A stretch of 64,000 nucleotides of DNA from Terriglobia bacterium (GTDB taxonomy: Bacteria > Acidobacteriota > Terriglobia > JAJPHL01 > JAPKYU01). Both the position numbers and the translations under genes were made by a program. Shown here in pieces: positions 27,639 through 37,247 of the stretch. Numbering within the stretch: position 1 is the stretch's first letter; each line of letters starts with the position of its first letter. The stretch lies in contig CBDCVK010000010.1 in NCBI GenBank assembly GCA_965223005.1, positions 1,408,001-1,472,000 on the forward strand, in the 5' to 3' direction. Below the pieces are notes generated by a model. That model was not told where the DNA came from and did no database searches. It saw only the letters and a program-made list of their open reading frames with translations.

Positions 27639-28833
27639 GTGTCACACTCCCCTCTTCTGCCGGCCTGTGATCGCCCGGCTCCTGATGCTGTGCCAACAGG
27701 CCATCTTGTGCGGCGCGGGCCATCACTCGGTCGATGTCAATCGTCAGCGGGCCGTCAGTCTGCAGTTGGATGGCGACCCGGTCGTCTGGTCCAAATTCTA
27801 TTTCCCGCTCCCCGTCGAGCGCGACCACCCCACGCGGGGTCTCCACCTTCTGAGGTTCCCCCGGATGAATTTCGTGAACGGCGGCGATTCCGACGCGCAC
27901 GATCAATCCGGGCGCGATGGGCGCAGCGAGTGTGGTTAATGCCGCTTCGGGCGGTGCGAGATCAACGCGTAGCCCGTAAGCGGCGCTCCGAGAAACCGGG
28001 CGGAGGAGCCCGGCGATCGAAGAAAGCCCTATAGCGTTCGCCTCGGAAAAGGTGACGAAAATCTGGCTCAGAGTCTCAGGACGCCACAAAGCCCTGGACC
28101 CGATCCACAGATCTCTGGAAATTGCGGCGTCGACCATTGCGAGCTCACGCGAGGCGCCGTTGATCTCCACCCGCAACACTTTGTTGCGGACCACCGCTTC
28201 AGCCAGGGAAACCCGGCCGGCGGCCACCAGGCCGGTGGCCAGGCCGGCGATCGTCGCCTCGCGGATTGCTGGAAAGACATTGTTGGTGCCAGTGGACAAC
28301 GCAGTGATGGGTGTCTCCCCGCAAGCCATCGCCACGAGCCGGTGCGTACCATCGCCGCCGAGAACCGCGATGGCCCCGACCTGTGCCGCGACCATGCGCT
28401 CGACCGCACGCACGGTGTCGAGCGGTCCCGCTTCGATCGGCATGTCCAGGAAGACAACCTCGGGCCAAGGCATCTCGGCCGGGCGGTGGGTCGCAACAGC
28501 CTGACGCACACGGTCGGCGATCCCATCCACGTCCGGCATCATGAATACCCTGCCGATCCCGACTGCCCCCAGCGCCGACAGCAGGCGGGTGATCATGCTG
28601 CACTTTTCGGCAAGGTGGAACACTGATGCCTGCGCAACCACGCGACGGATGTCCCGCCCCGAGGCCGGGTTGGCCAGAATGCCGACCGCCGTGTCACACG
28701 CGAAGGGTTTTCTCACGTCTTGCGAGTTGCCCAAGTGCAGTGGTTCGCTGTCTCTCCTTCTAGTATTTGGCTGGTATTGGCCCCAATTGTTGCACTTCGA
28801 GTTACGCCTGTCCAGACTGTCATGAAAATCCAT
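27625..28833 (-). CDS. acoX: AcoX (NAD-kinase-fold protein); true start may be GTG 28716
   Basis: GILANPASGRDIRR, LGGDGTHR, STGTNNVFP, LDGERE; directly upstream of acoA. Confidence 0.85.
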   Translation of the reverse strand: MDFHDSLDRRNSKCNNWGQYQPNTRRRDSEPLHLGNSQDVRKPFACDTAVGILANPASGRDIRRVVAQASVFHLAEKCSMITRLLSALGAVGIGRVFMMPDVDGIADRVRQAVATHRPAEMPWPEVVFLDMPIEAGPLDTVRAVERMVAAQVGAIAVLGGDGTHRLVAMACGETPITALSTGTNNVFPAIREATIAGLATGLVAAGRVSLAEAVVRNKVLRVEINGASRELAMVDAAISRDLWIGSRALWRPETLSQIFVTFSEANAIGLSSIAGLLRPVSRSAAYGLRVDLAPPEAALTTLAAPIAPGLIVRVGIAAVHEIHPGEPQKVETPRGVVALDGEREIEFGPDDRVAIQLQTDGPLTIDIDRVMARAAQDGLLAQHQEPGDHRPAEEGSVTHAAR

Positions 28834-28878
28834 GCGCAGACCCGCAGCCCAGGGTTCTTGCCGCCCGCCGCGTCCTAC

Positions 28879-31323
28879 TTACTTGTGCCGGGCGAGCGCG
28901 AGCGCCATCAACGCCGCTTGTTCCCGGGCGTGCGCCTTCACCGAGCCGGTGGCAGGACTGGCGCTAGCCGAGCGCTTGACCGACCGAACGTGCCGCCTGC
29001 CCGCCAGCTCCTCCAGGCGCGGTTGCACGAACCACAGCGCCCCCATGTTGGCCGGCTCCTCTTGCACCCAGACGATCTCCCGGGCACGGCCATGTCGCTT
29101 CAGCTCCTGAGTCAGCTCACGCTCAGGAAACGGGTACAACTGCTCGAGCAATACCACGGCGGTCGAGGCATCGGCGAGGCGCTGCCGTTCGGCGCGCAGC
29201 TCATGTCCGACCTTGCCCGAGCAGAGCACAATCCGCGTGGCAGAGACGGCTGTGGAGTCCGGCAGCACAGGCTGGAAACGGCCGGCGGCCAGATCTTCCA
29301 GCGGCGAACAGGCCCGAGGATGGCGCAACAGGCTCTTGGGCGTCAGCGCTACCAGGGGCTTGCGCCAGCGCCGCAGGGCCTGCCGTCGCAGCAGGTGGAA
29401 ATACTGTGCCGCAGTCGAGGGCTGGCACACTTGCAGATTGTCCTCGGCAGCCAGTTGCAAAAAGCGCTCCAGCCGGGCGCTGGAATGCTCGGGGCCCTGC
29501 CCTTCGTAGCCGTGCGGCAACAGCACTACCAGACCCGAAAGTAGCCCCCACTTGTCCTCGGTGGCGCTGACAAACTGGTCCATGATGACCTGCGCGCCAT
29601 TGGCGAAGTCCCCGAATTGGGCCTCCCAGAGCACCAGCGCTTCTGGATAATCGCGGCTGAAGCCGTACTCAAAACCCAGCGGCGCTGCCTCCGAGAGCGG
29701 GCTGTCGTAGATCGCAAAGACTCCTTGCTGCGGATGAAGATGCCGGAGCGGGGTGTATTCCTCTTCCGTCTCGATGTCGATCAGTACAGCGTGGCGCTGG
29801 TCAAATGTGCCGCGCCGGCTATCTTGCCCGCTCAGGCGCACCCGGATGCCCTGCCAGAGCAGCGAGCCGAAGGCCAGGGCCTCTGCCATACCCCAATCCA
29901 CTGCCCGCTGCCCGCTCCCCATTTGGCGGCGGTGCTCCAGGCCGCGCTTCATCTTCGGATGAAGATGGAAGCTCTCAGGCGGGCTCGTGATGCGCTCGGA
30001 AATCTCCCTCAGCCGTTCCCGCGCAACTCCGGTGTCCACTTCCCGGGACGGGTCGTAGGGACCGCCTTTGAACTTCAACCAGTACTCCGGGAGCTGCCAC
30101 AGTCGAGGGGTCTTGCGCATGGCTCTCGCCTCCTCCATCTCCTTGTGCAGCTGATCCCGGACGCGCTCGGTGAGATGCTTGGTCCTTCGGGCATCGGCAC
30201 CGATCGCTTCCGCATAGGACTTCCACAGGGGAGGGAGGGTGCGAATCTTTTCGTAGAGCCGGGGCTGTGTGGTGGTCGGATCGTCCACCTCGCTGTGGCC
30301 GTGCAGGCGATAGCCGATCAGGTCAATCACCACGTCGGTCCTGAACGCATAGCGGTAGTCCACAGCCAGGCGCGCCACCCGCACCACCGCCTCCGGATCG
30401 GCGCCGTTGACGTGGAAGATGGGAACCGCGAGACGCTTGGCCACATCCGAGGCATAGCGCGAGGATTGCAGGGCCGCCGGCAGCGTAGTGAAGCCGATTA
30501 GGTTATTCACAACGACGTGGATGGTGCCACCAACCGTGAATCCGTCCAGCTCGGCCAGGTTCAGAGTCTCAGCCACGATTCCCTGCCCGGCGAAGGCTGC
30601 ATCCCCGTGGACCGTCAGCGGCAGGACCTTGGCAGGACCGCTCTCTCCCAAGCGCTCCTGCTTGGCGCGCGCCCGCCCCATCACGACCGGATCGACCGCT
30701 TCCAAGTGACTGGGATTCGAAACCAGATGGATGCTGATGGGCTGCCCTTTCCGGCTGCTGAACACTCCCGTCGCCCCAATGTGGTACTTGACGTCCCCGC
30801 CTCCCAGCACGCTCCGGGGGTCCACGTCCTCGAATCGAGCAAAGACCTCAGCGCCGCGCTTGCCCACAATGTGGTACATGGCGTTCAAGCGGCCACGGTG
30901 ACTCATGGCCATCACCGCCTGTTCCGCGCCTTGCTCAGCCGAGCGATCGAGAACCTCAGCGAGCAGCGGGATCAGGGCCGTCGAACCCTCCAGAGAATAG
31001 CGTTTGGCCCCGATGTAGCGGGTCTGGAAGACGCGCTCCAAAGTGTCGGCGCTGATCAGTAACTCCAGGATGCGACTGCGGTCCAGGCCATCGGGCAGGC
31101 CGGCTTCCATGCGCCGTTGGATCCACCGGCAGCGATCCGGATCGGGCATGTGCATGAACTCCACGCCGAGCGAGCTGCAATACACAGCCCGCGCCCGCTC
31201 GGCTGCCTCTCCACTCACGTCCAGCTCGGGATGGGGCTGCGGCCTCAGGCGATCCAGAGGGTCCAGGTTCGCCTGGAGGTGTCCCCACCGGCGGAAAGCA
31301 TCCAGAATGCGTTGCTCGCTCAT
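28879..31323 (-). CDS. sucA: 2-oxoglutarate dehydrogenase E1
   Basis: KRYSLEG, MSHRGRLN, GDVKYH, NPSHLE, HGDAAFAGQG, RLSGQD, WEAQFGDFANGAQ, HGYEGQGPEHSSAR. Confidence 0.95.
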   Translation of the reverse strand: MSEQRILDAFRRWGHLQANLDPLDRLRPQPHPELDVSGEAAERARAVYCSSLGVEFMHMPDPDRCRWIQRRMEAGLPDGLDRSRILELLISADTLERVFQTRYIGAKRYSLEGSTALIPLLAEVLDRSAEQGAEQAVMAMSHRGRLNAMYHIVGKRGAEVFARFEDVDPRSVLGGGDVKYHIGATGVFSSRKGQPISIHLVSNPSHLEAVDPVVMGRARAKQERLGESGPAKVLPLTVHGDAAFAGQGIVAETLNLAELDGFTVGGTIHVVVNNLIGFTTLPAALQSSRYASDVAKRLAVPIFHVNGADPEAVVRVARLAVDYRYAFRTDVVIDLIGYRLHGHSEVDDPTTTQPRLYEKIRTLPPLWKSYAEAIGADARRTKHLTERVRDQLHKEMEEARAMRKTPRLWQLPEYWLKFKGGPYDPSREVDTGVARERLREISERITSPPESFHLHPKMKRGLEHRRQMGSGQRAVDWGMAEALAFGSLLWQGIRVRLSGQDSRRGTFDQRHAVLIDIETEEEYTPLRHLHPQQGVFAIYDSPLSEAAPLGFEYGFSRDYPEALVLWEAQFGDFANGAQVIMDQFVSATEDKWGLLSGLVVLLPHGYEGQGPEHSSARLERFLQLAAEDNLQVCQPSTAAQYFHLLRRQALRRWRKPLVALTPKSLLRHPRACSPLEDLAAGRFQPVLPDSTAVSATRIVLCSGKVGHELRAERQRLADASTAVVLLEQLYPFPERELTQELKRHGRAREIVWVQEEPANMGALWFVQPRLEELAGRRHVRSVKRSASASPATGSVKAHAREQAALMALALARHK

Positions 31324-31452
31324 ATCCCGATAGTATCCCCTCCAGAACATTCGGAATGGAATCGTCTGCGTTAGCAGGAATGCCTTTAGGCAAAGCACCT
31401 GTGTGCTAGCTTATAGGTGGGAGTTCAGTCTGGCTAAAGGAGGCTGGAGTTG

Positions 31453-31902
31453 ATGAGCTGGATGGTGTACGTCGCGGGGACGGTGTTCTGTTGGGGCCTC
31501 TACGGGGTGGTGCTGCATCGGGGGCAGGTGCAGCTTGGCAATCCGCTGCGCGCGCTGCTCTGCGTGGGGATGGCGTACTTCCTGATCGGCGTGCTGGTGC
31601 CGGCCACCGCCCTGTGGCTTCAGGGGGATTTGAAGGGCTTCAACCAGGCGGGGACCGCGTCGGCCACGCTGGCCGGCGCACTAGGCGCTGCCGGCGCCAT
31701 CGGCATCATCTGGGCTTTTCGGGCGGGAGGCCTTCCAACTTACGTGATGCCCCTGGTCTTCGGCGGCGCTCCGTTGGTGAATGTGGCTTTCGCGCTCTGG
31801 CTCCATCCGCCGCGCGCCACGCCCAGCCCGATGCTCTACGTCGGCTTCCTCCTGACCGCAGTCGGCGCCGGCCTGGTCCTCTATTACAAGCCAGCGTCCT
31901 GA
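31453..31902 (+). CDS. Small multi-pass membrane protein (EamA/DMT-like)
   Basis: About five hydrophobic segments; WGLYG, VMPLVFGGAPLVN. Confidence 0.75.
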   Translation: MSWMVYVAGTVFCWGLYGVVLHRGQVQLGNPLRALLCVGMAYFLIGVLVPATALWLQGDLKGFNQAGTASATLAGALGAAGAIGIIWAFRAGGLPTYVMPLVFGGAPLVNVAFALWLHPPRATPSPMLYVGFLLTAVGAGLVLYYKPAS

Positions 31903-34900
31903 GATGGCAGCCGGCAGCCGCGAAGAAAAGGTGGGACGACTATCATGAAAGCAATCAAGCTGTACCCGGCCGTGGTCGTGCTGGGCATTGCTTGCCTGTT
32001 GATCGAGTCCGTCTTCTGGGCAAGCGAGCAGAAGCAACCCCTGGAAGTTGCCGTGCGGATGATTCTGCTGCGCACCTCCGAAGAGGCGCGGCAGGTTCTG
32101 GCGGACCTCCAGCGCGGGGAGGACTTTGCCGAGCTGGCTAAAAAGCACTCGATCGATTCCACCGGTCCGGCGGGCGGCTATCTGGGCAAAGTGAAGCTGT
32201 CGGACTTACGCCCCGAAATTCAGGAGGCCTTGAGGGGGCTGGCTGCGGGACAGGTGTCCGGGGTTGTCCAAACGTCGGGCGGCTACATGATCCTGAAGGT
32301 GCTTGAGGAAGAGGAGAGCGCCGAAATCGAGAGCGCGCAGCGCACCCCGGAGTCCCGACTGACCACCGACGTCTCGGGAGGGGGAGTAGTGAAGGACCTG
32401 TTTGACCGCATCCAGAAGCCAGTCGGCTGGGAACAGGATTTGCCAACCATCTGCGCGGTGAAGCGCATGGCGGTTCGCGACGGATTAATACAATCGAAGG
32501 ACAACAACACCCTGGCTCAGCTTTGGGTCTACCAGGGGGAATTAGATCGGGCGGTCAAATATTTCCAAGCGGTGTATGAACAGGCTGTCGCCCGCGGCGA
32601 CAAACAAGTGCTGCTGGAATTGGAGGAGGTACTGGGGATTGTTCACATGCGCCTGGCCGAGGTTGAGAACCGTGTACCCAGCGCTCGCGCCAAGACCTGT
32701 ATGTTTCCGATGCGTGGCGGGGTGCAGCCGGAGCAGACCGCCAATTGGGAGGTCGCCATCCGGCATTTTCTCAAGTTCCTGGAGCAGCAGCCGGAAGACC
32801 TGGAGGTGAGGTGGTTGCTGAACCTTGCCTCCATGGCCCTGGGCAGGTATCCCGACGCTGTTCCCAAGCAATACCGGATTCCTATTGCGCCCTTTGAGTC
32901 CAAGGAAGAGGTGGGCCGCTTTGTTGACGTGGCCCCTCTGGTGGGAGCCGACACCTTCAACACGGCCGGCGGAGCGATTGTGGATGACCTGGACAATGAT
33001 GGACTGCTGGACATTGTGACCAGCGCACTGGACCCTTGCGCGCCGATGCGCTACTTGCATAACAGCGGGACGGGAGCCTTCACCGACCGAACCGCGCAGG
33101 CCGGGCTGATCAATCAGCTCGGCGGGCTGAACATGGTCCCGGCCGACTACAACAATGACGGCTGCCTGGATATTCTGGTGCTCCGGGGCGCATGGGAACT
33201 GCCCATGCGCAACTCGCTGCTGCGCAATAACTGCGACGGAACCTTCACCGACGTGACCCGCACGAGTGGGGTGGCGGTGCCCGCCACTTCCACGCAAACC
33301 GCTGCCTGGGCCGACATTGATCTGGACGGCAACCTGGACCTGTTCGTGGGCAACGAGCACTCCCCCAGCCAGCTGTTCCTCAACCAGGGCGACGGGACCT
33401 TCGTGGACATTGCGCCCGCCGCCGGCGTGGACCGGGTCATGTTCAACAAAGCCGTCGCTGCGGGTGACTACGACAACGACGGCTACCCGGACTTCTACGT
33501 CTCAAATGGATTTGCAGAGAACTTTCTCTACCACAACAACCGGGATTTAACGTTTACCGACATGGCCAAACCCTTGGGAGTGCAACGACCCATTGGCAGC
33601 TTTCCGGCCTGGTTCTTCGACTATGACAACGACGGCTGGCTGGACCTGTTCGTTTCCAGTCACTTGGGCTCGATCGTGGGGGTCATCCGCAGCTACTTGC
33701 AATTGCCGGTTAATGCTGAGACCCCCAAGCTTTACAGGAACACAGGGTCGGGCTTCGAGGATGTGGCCAAGGAGGTTCGGCTGGACCGGATCTTCATGCC
33801 TATGGGGGTCAATTTCGGCGACCTGGACAATGACGGATTTCTCGATTTCTACTTGGGGACCGGCAGTCCTTCTTACGCAGGGCTAGTTCCAAACGTGCTG
33901 TTTAGGAATCACGACGGGAAGTATTTCGTGGATGTCACCGCTTCCTCCGGGACCGGCTGTCTTCATAAGGGGCATGGGGCGGCCTTCGCCGACATCGACA
34001 ACGACGGCGATGAAGACATTTTTATTCAGATGGGCGGCATGATGCCGGGCGACAGACACGCGAACTTACTCTTCAGAAACCCCGGGCACGGCAATAACTG
34101 GATCAGTCTGCGGCTGGTGGGCGTGAAGACGAACCGCGGGGCCATCGGCGCCCGCATCAAGGTTGCCGTGCAGACGCCCGGGGGTGGCCGCCGCTTCATT
34201 CACCGCCTCGTCGGCAGTGGCGGATCGTTTGGCGGCTCTCCCCTGGAGCAGCACATCGGGCTGGGCAAGGCGGGCAGCATCGAAACCCTGGAAATCTGGT
34301 GGCCCACCAGCGCCACGCGGCAGGTGTTCCACAACGTCGAGGCAAACCAGTTCCTGCAAATCAAGGAGTCGGAGAAAACATTCACGGCAGTCGAGCGGCC
34401 CTCCTTCTCATTGGGAGAAGAGAGCCGGAGGCACCCCACAAGACGTGTACCGCCGCGCGCCACACCCAGCCCGATGCTCTACGTCGGTTTCCTTCTGACC
34501 GCAGTCGGCGCCGGCCTGGTCCTCTATTACAAGCCAGCGTCCTGATATAGCCTCCGGCGCCGCAAGGAAAAGGTGGGAGCGGTATCATGAAAGCAATCAA
34601 GCTGATCCCGGCCGTGGCCCTGCTGGGCATCGCTTTCCTGTTGATCGAGTCCGTCTTCTGGGCGAGCGAACAGAAGCAGCCTCTGGAAGTTGCCGTGCGG
34701 ATGATTCTGCTGCGCACCTCCGAAGAGGCGCGGCAGGTTCTGGCGAACCTCCAGCGCGGGGAGGACTTTGCCGAGCTGGCGAAAAAGCACTCGATCGATT
34801 CCACCGGGTCGGCGGGCGGCTATCTGGGCAAAGTGAAGCTGTCGGATTTGCGCCCCGAAATTCAGGAGGCCTTGCAGGGGTTGGCTGCAGGACAGGTGTC

Positions 34901-37062
34901 CGGGGTTGTCCAAACGTCGGGCGGCTACATGATCCTGAAAGTGCTTAAGGAAGCGGAGAGAGTTGAGATCGAGAGCGCGCAGCGCGACCCGGAGCGCCGA
35001 CCGACCACCAACGTCTCGGGATCTGGAGAAGTTCACCGCCTGTTTCTCCGCACCCAGAAGCCAGTCGGCTGGGAACAGGATTTGCCAACCATCTGCGCGG
35101 TGAAACGCATGGCGGTTCGCAACGGATTGATCCGATCGAAAGACAACCACACCCTGGCTCAGCTTTGGGCCTACCAGGGGGAATTGGGTCGGGCAGTCAA
35201 ATATTTCCAAGCGGTGCATGAACAGGCTGTCGTCCGCGGTGACAAGCAGGTGCTGCTGGAATTGGAGGAAAAGCTAGGGATTGCCCACCTACGCCTGGCC
35301 CAGGTTGAGAACCGTGTGCCCAGCGCACGCGTCAAGACCTGCATGTTTCCGATGCTTGGCGGGGCGCAGCCGGAGCAGATGGCCAATTGGGAGGCCGCCA
35401 TCCGGCATTTTCTCAAGTTCCTGGAGCAGCAGCCGGAAGACCTGGAGGTGAGGTGGTTGCTGAACCTTGCCTCGATGTCCCTGGGCAGGTACCCCGAGGC
35501 TGTTCCCCAGCAATACCTGATTCCTCTTGCCCCCTTTGAGTCCAAGGAAGAGGTGGGCCGCTTTGTTGACGTGGCTCCCCTGGTGGGAGTCGACACCTTC
35601 AACACGGCCGGCGGAGCGATTGTGGATGACCTGGACAATGACGGACTGCTGGATATTGTGACCACCTCAATGGACCCATGCGCGCCGATGCGCTACTTAC
35701 ACAACAGCGGGACGGGAGCCTTCACCGACCGAACCGCCCAGGCCGGGCTGATCAATCAGCTTGGCGGGCTGAACATGGTTCCGGCCGACTACAACAATGA
35801 CGGCTGCCTGGATGTCCTGGTGCTCCGGGGTGCATGGGAACTCCCAATGCGGAACTCGCTACTGCGTAACAACTGCGACGGAACCTTCACCGACGTGACC
35901 CGCACGAGCGGGCTGGCGGTACCCGCCACCTCCACGCAAACCGCTGCCTGGGCCGACATTGATCTGGACGGCGACCTGGACCTGTTCGTGGGCAACGAAC
36001 ACTCTCCCAGCCAGCTTTTCCTCAACCAAGGCGACGGGACCTTCGTGGACATTGCGCCCCCCGCCGGCGTGGACCGGGTCATGTTTACCAAAGCCGTTGT
36101 TGCGGGCGACTACGACAACGACGGCTACCCGGACTTCTACGTCTCAAACGTGTCTGAGGAGAACTTCCTCTACCACAACAACCGGGATTTAACGTTTACC
36201 GACATGGCCAAACCCTTGCGAGTGCAACAACCATTTTTCAGCTTTCAGGCCTGGTTCTTCGACTATGACAACGACGGCTGGCTGGACCTGTTCGTTTCCA
36301 GTTACTATGCCTCAATCGTGGACATCGTCCGCAGTTACCTGCAATTACCGGTGGAGGTCGAGACGCTCAAGCTCTACAGGAACACCGGGTCGGGCTTCGA
36401 GGATGTGACCAAAAGTGTTCGACTGGACCGGATCTTCACGCCGATGGGGTGCAATTTCGGCGACCTGGACAATGACGGATTTCTCGATTTCTACTTGGGG
36501 ACGGGGAGTCCTTCTTACGCAGCGTTAGTTCCAAACGTGTTGTTTAGGAATCGCGACGGGAAGTCTTTCGTGGATGTCACCGCTTCCTCCGGGACCGGCT
36601 GTCTTCATAAGGGACATGGGGCGGCCTTCGCCGACATCGACAACGACGGCGATGAAGACATTTTTATTCAGATGGGCGGCATGATCCCTGGCGACAGGCA
36701 TGGGAACTTGCTCTTCAGAAACCCCGGTCACGGCAACAACTGGATCAGTCTGCGGCTGGTGGGGGTGAAGACGAACCGCGGGGCCATCGGCGCCCGCATC
36801 AAGCTTGGCGTGCGGACGCCCGGGGGTGGCCGCCGCTTCATTCACCGCCTGGTCGGCAGCGGCGGATCGTTTGGCGCCTCCCCGCTGGAGCAGCACATCG
36901 GGCTGGGCAAGGCGGGCAGCATCGAAACCCTGGAAATCTGGTGGCCCACCAGCGACACGCGGCAGGTGTTCCACAACGTCGGGGTAAACCAGTTCCTGGA
37001 AATCAAGGAGTCGGAGAAAACATTCACGGCAGTCGAGCGGCCCTCCTTCTCATTGGGAGAAG
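31807..37062 (+). repeat. Tandem duplication of about 2.64 kb (31807-34420 and 34450-37062)
   Basis: Both units begin ccgccgcgcgccac within the membrane-gene 3' end and end ctccttctcattgggagaag; offset 2642-2643 bp. Confidence 0.95.
31945..34545 (+). CDS. Exported parvulin-like + TPR + FG-GAP beta-propeller (CRTAC1/ASPIC-UnbV) protein, copy 1, with chimeric C-terminal TM segment
   Basis: GEDFAELAKKHS; WLLNLA; repeated DxDNDGxxD Ca loops; GAIGARI, EQHIGLG, IWWP; last 31 aa identical to the membrane protein C-terminus. Confidence 0.88.
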   Translation: MKAIKLYPAVVVLGIACLLIESVFWASEQKQPLEVAVRMILLRTSEEARQVLADLQRGEDFAELAKKHSIDSTGPAGGYLGKVKLSDLRPEIQEALRGLAAGQVSGVVQTSGGYMILKVLEEEESAEIESAQRTPESRLTTDVSGGGVVKDLFDRIQKPVGWEQDLPTICAVKRMAVRDGLIQSKDNNTLAQLWVYQGELDRAVKYFQAVYEQAVARGDKQVLLELEEVLGIVHMRLAEVENRVPSARAKTCMFPMRGGVQPEQTANWEVAIRHFLKFLEQQPEDLEVRWLLNLASMALGRYPDAVPKQYRIPIAPFESKEEVGRFVDVAPLVGADTFNTAGGAIVDDLDNDGLLDIVTSALDPCAPMRYLHNSGTGAFTDRTAQAGLINQLGGLNMVPADYNNDGCLDILVLRGAWELPMRNSLLRNNCDGTFTDVTRTSGVAVPATSTQTAAWADIDLDGNLDLFVGNEHSPSQLFLNQGDGTFVDIAPAAGVDRVMFNKAVAAGDYDNDGYPDFYVSNGFAENFLYHNNRDLTFTDMAKPLGVQRPIGSFPAWFFDYDNDGWLDLFVSSHLGSIVGVIRSYLQLPVNAETPKLYRNTGSGFEDVAKEVRLDRIFMPMGVNFGDLDNDGFLDFYLGTGSPSYAGLVPNVLFRNHDGKYFVDVTASSGTGCLHKGHGAAFADIDNDGDEDIFIQMGGMMPGDRHANLLFRNPGHGNNWISLRLVGVKTNRGAIGARIKVAVQTPGGGRRFIHRLVGSGGSFGGSPLEQHIGLGKAGSIETLEIWWPTSATRQVFHNVEANQFLQIKESEKTFTAVERPSFSLGEESRRHPTRRVPPRATPSPMLYVGFLLTAVGAGLVLYYKPAS

Positions 37063-37106
37063 TCGGCGGCACCGAGGGTGCGGAGCCAAACAGGCTATCT
37101 CGGTAA
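34587..37106 (+). CDS. Exported parvulin-like + TPR + FG-GAP (CRTAC1/ASPIC-UnbV) protein, copy 2
   Basis: Close paralog of copy 1 with a hydrophilic C-terminus. Confidence 0.88.
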   Translation: MKAIKLIPAVALLGIAFLLIESVFWASEQKQPLEVAVRMILLRTSEEARQVLANLQRGEDFAELAKKHSIDSTGSAGGYLGKVKLSDLRPEIQEALQGLAAGQVSGVVQTSGGYMILKVLKEAERVEIESAQRDPERRPTTNVSGSGEVHRLFLRTQKPVGWEQDLPTICAVKRMAVRNGLIRSKDNHTLAQLWAYQGELGRAVKYFQAVHEQAVVRGDKQVLLELEEKLGIAHLRLAQVENRVPSARVKTCMFPMLGGAQPEQMANWEAAIRHFLKFLEQQPEDLEVRWLLNLASMSLGRYPEAVPQQYLIPLAPFESKEEVGRFVDVAPLVGVDTFNTAGGAIVDDLDNDGLLDIVTTSMDPCAPMRYLHNSGTGAFTDRTAQAGLINQLGGLNMVPADYNNDGCLDVLVLRGAWELPMRNSLLRNNCDGTFTDVTRTSGLAVPATSTQTAAWADIDLDGDLDLFVGNEHSPSQLFLNQGDGTFVDIAPPAGVDRVMFTKAVVAGDYDNDGYPDFYVSNVSEENFLYHNNRDLTFTDMAKPLRVQQPFFSFQAWFFDYDNDGWLDLFVSSYYASIVDIVRSYLQLPVEVETLKLYRNTGSGFEDVTKSVRLDRIFTPMGCNFGDLDNDGFLDFYLGTGSPSYAALVPNVLFRNRDGKSFVDVTASSGTGCLHKGHGAAFADIDNDGDEDIFIQMGGMIPGDRHGNLLFRNPGHGNNWISLRLVGVKTNRGAIGARIKLGVRTPGGGRRFIHRLVGSGGSFGASPLEQHIGLGKAGSIETLEIWWPTSDTRQVFHNVGVNQFLEIKESEKTFTAVERPSFSLGEVGGTEGAEPNRLSR

Positions 37107-37247
37107 GCCCCTGGGGTCCCAGCGGCAGGTTTTTGAAATAGCTTAACAACTTCCAGTACATAGTTTGCGGGTAAACGGCCGGCGTGGCCAGCTCGTCTTA
37201 AGCTACGGACAGAGAGGGACTGGTTTGTCTGCGCTTGATTGAGCTAA

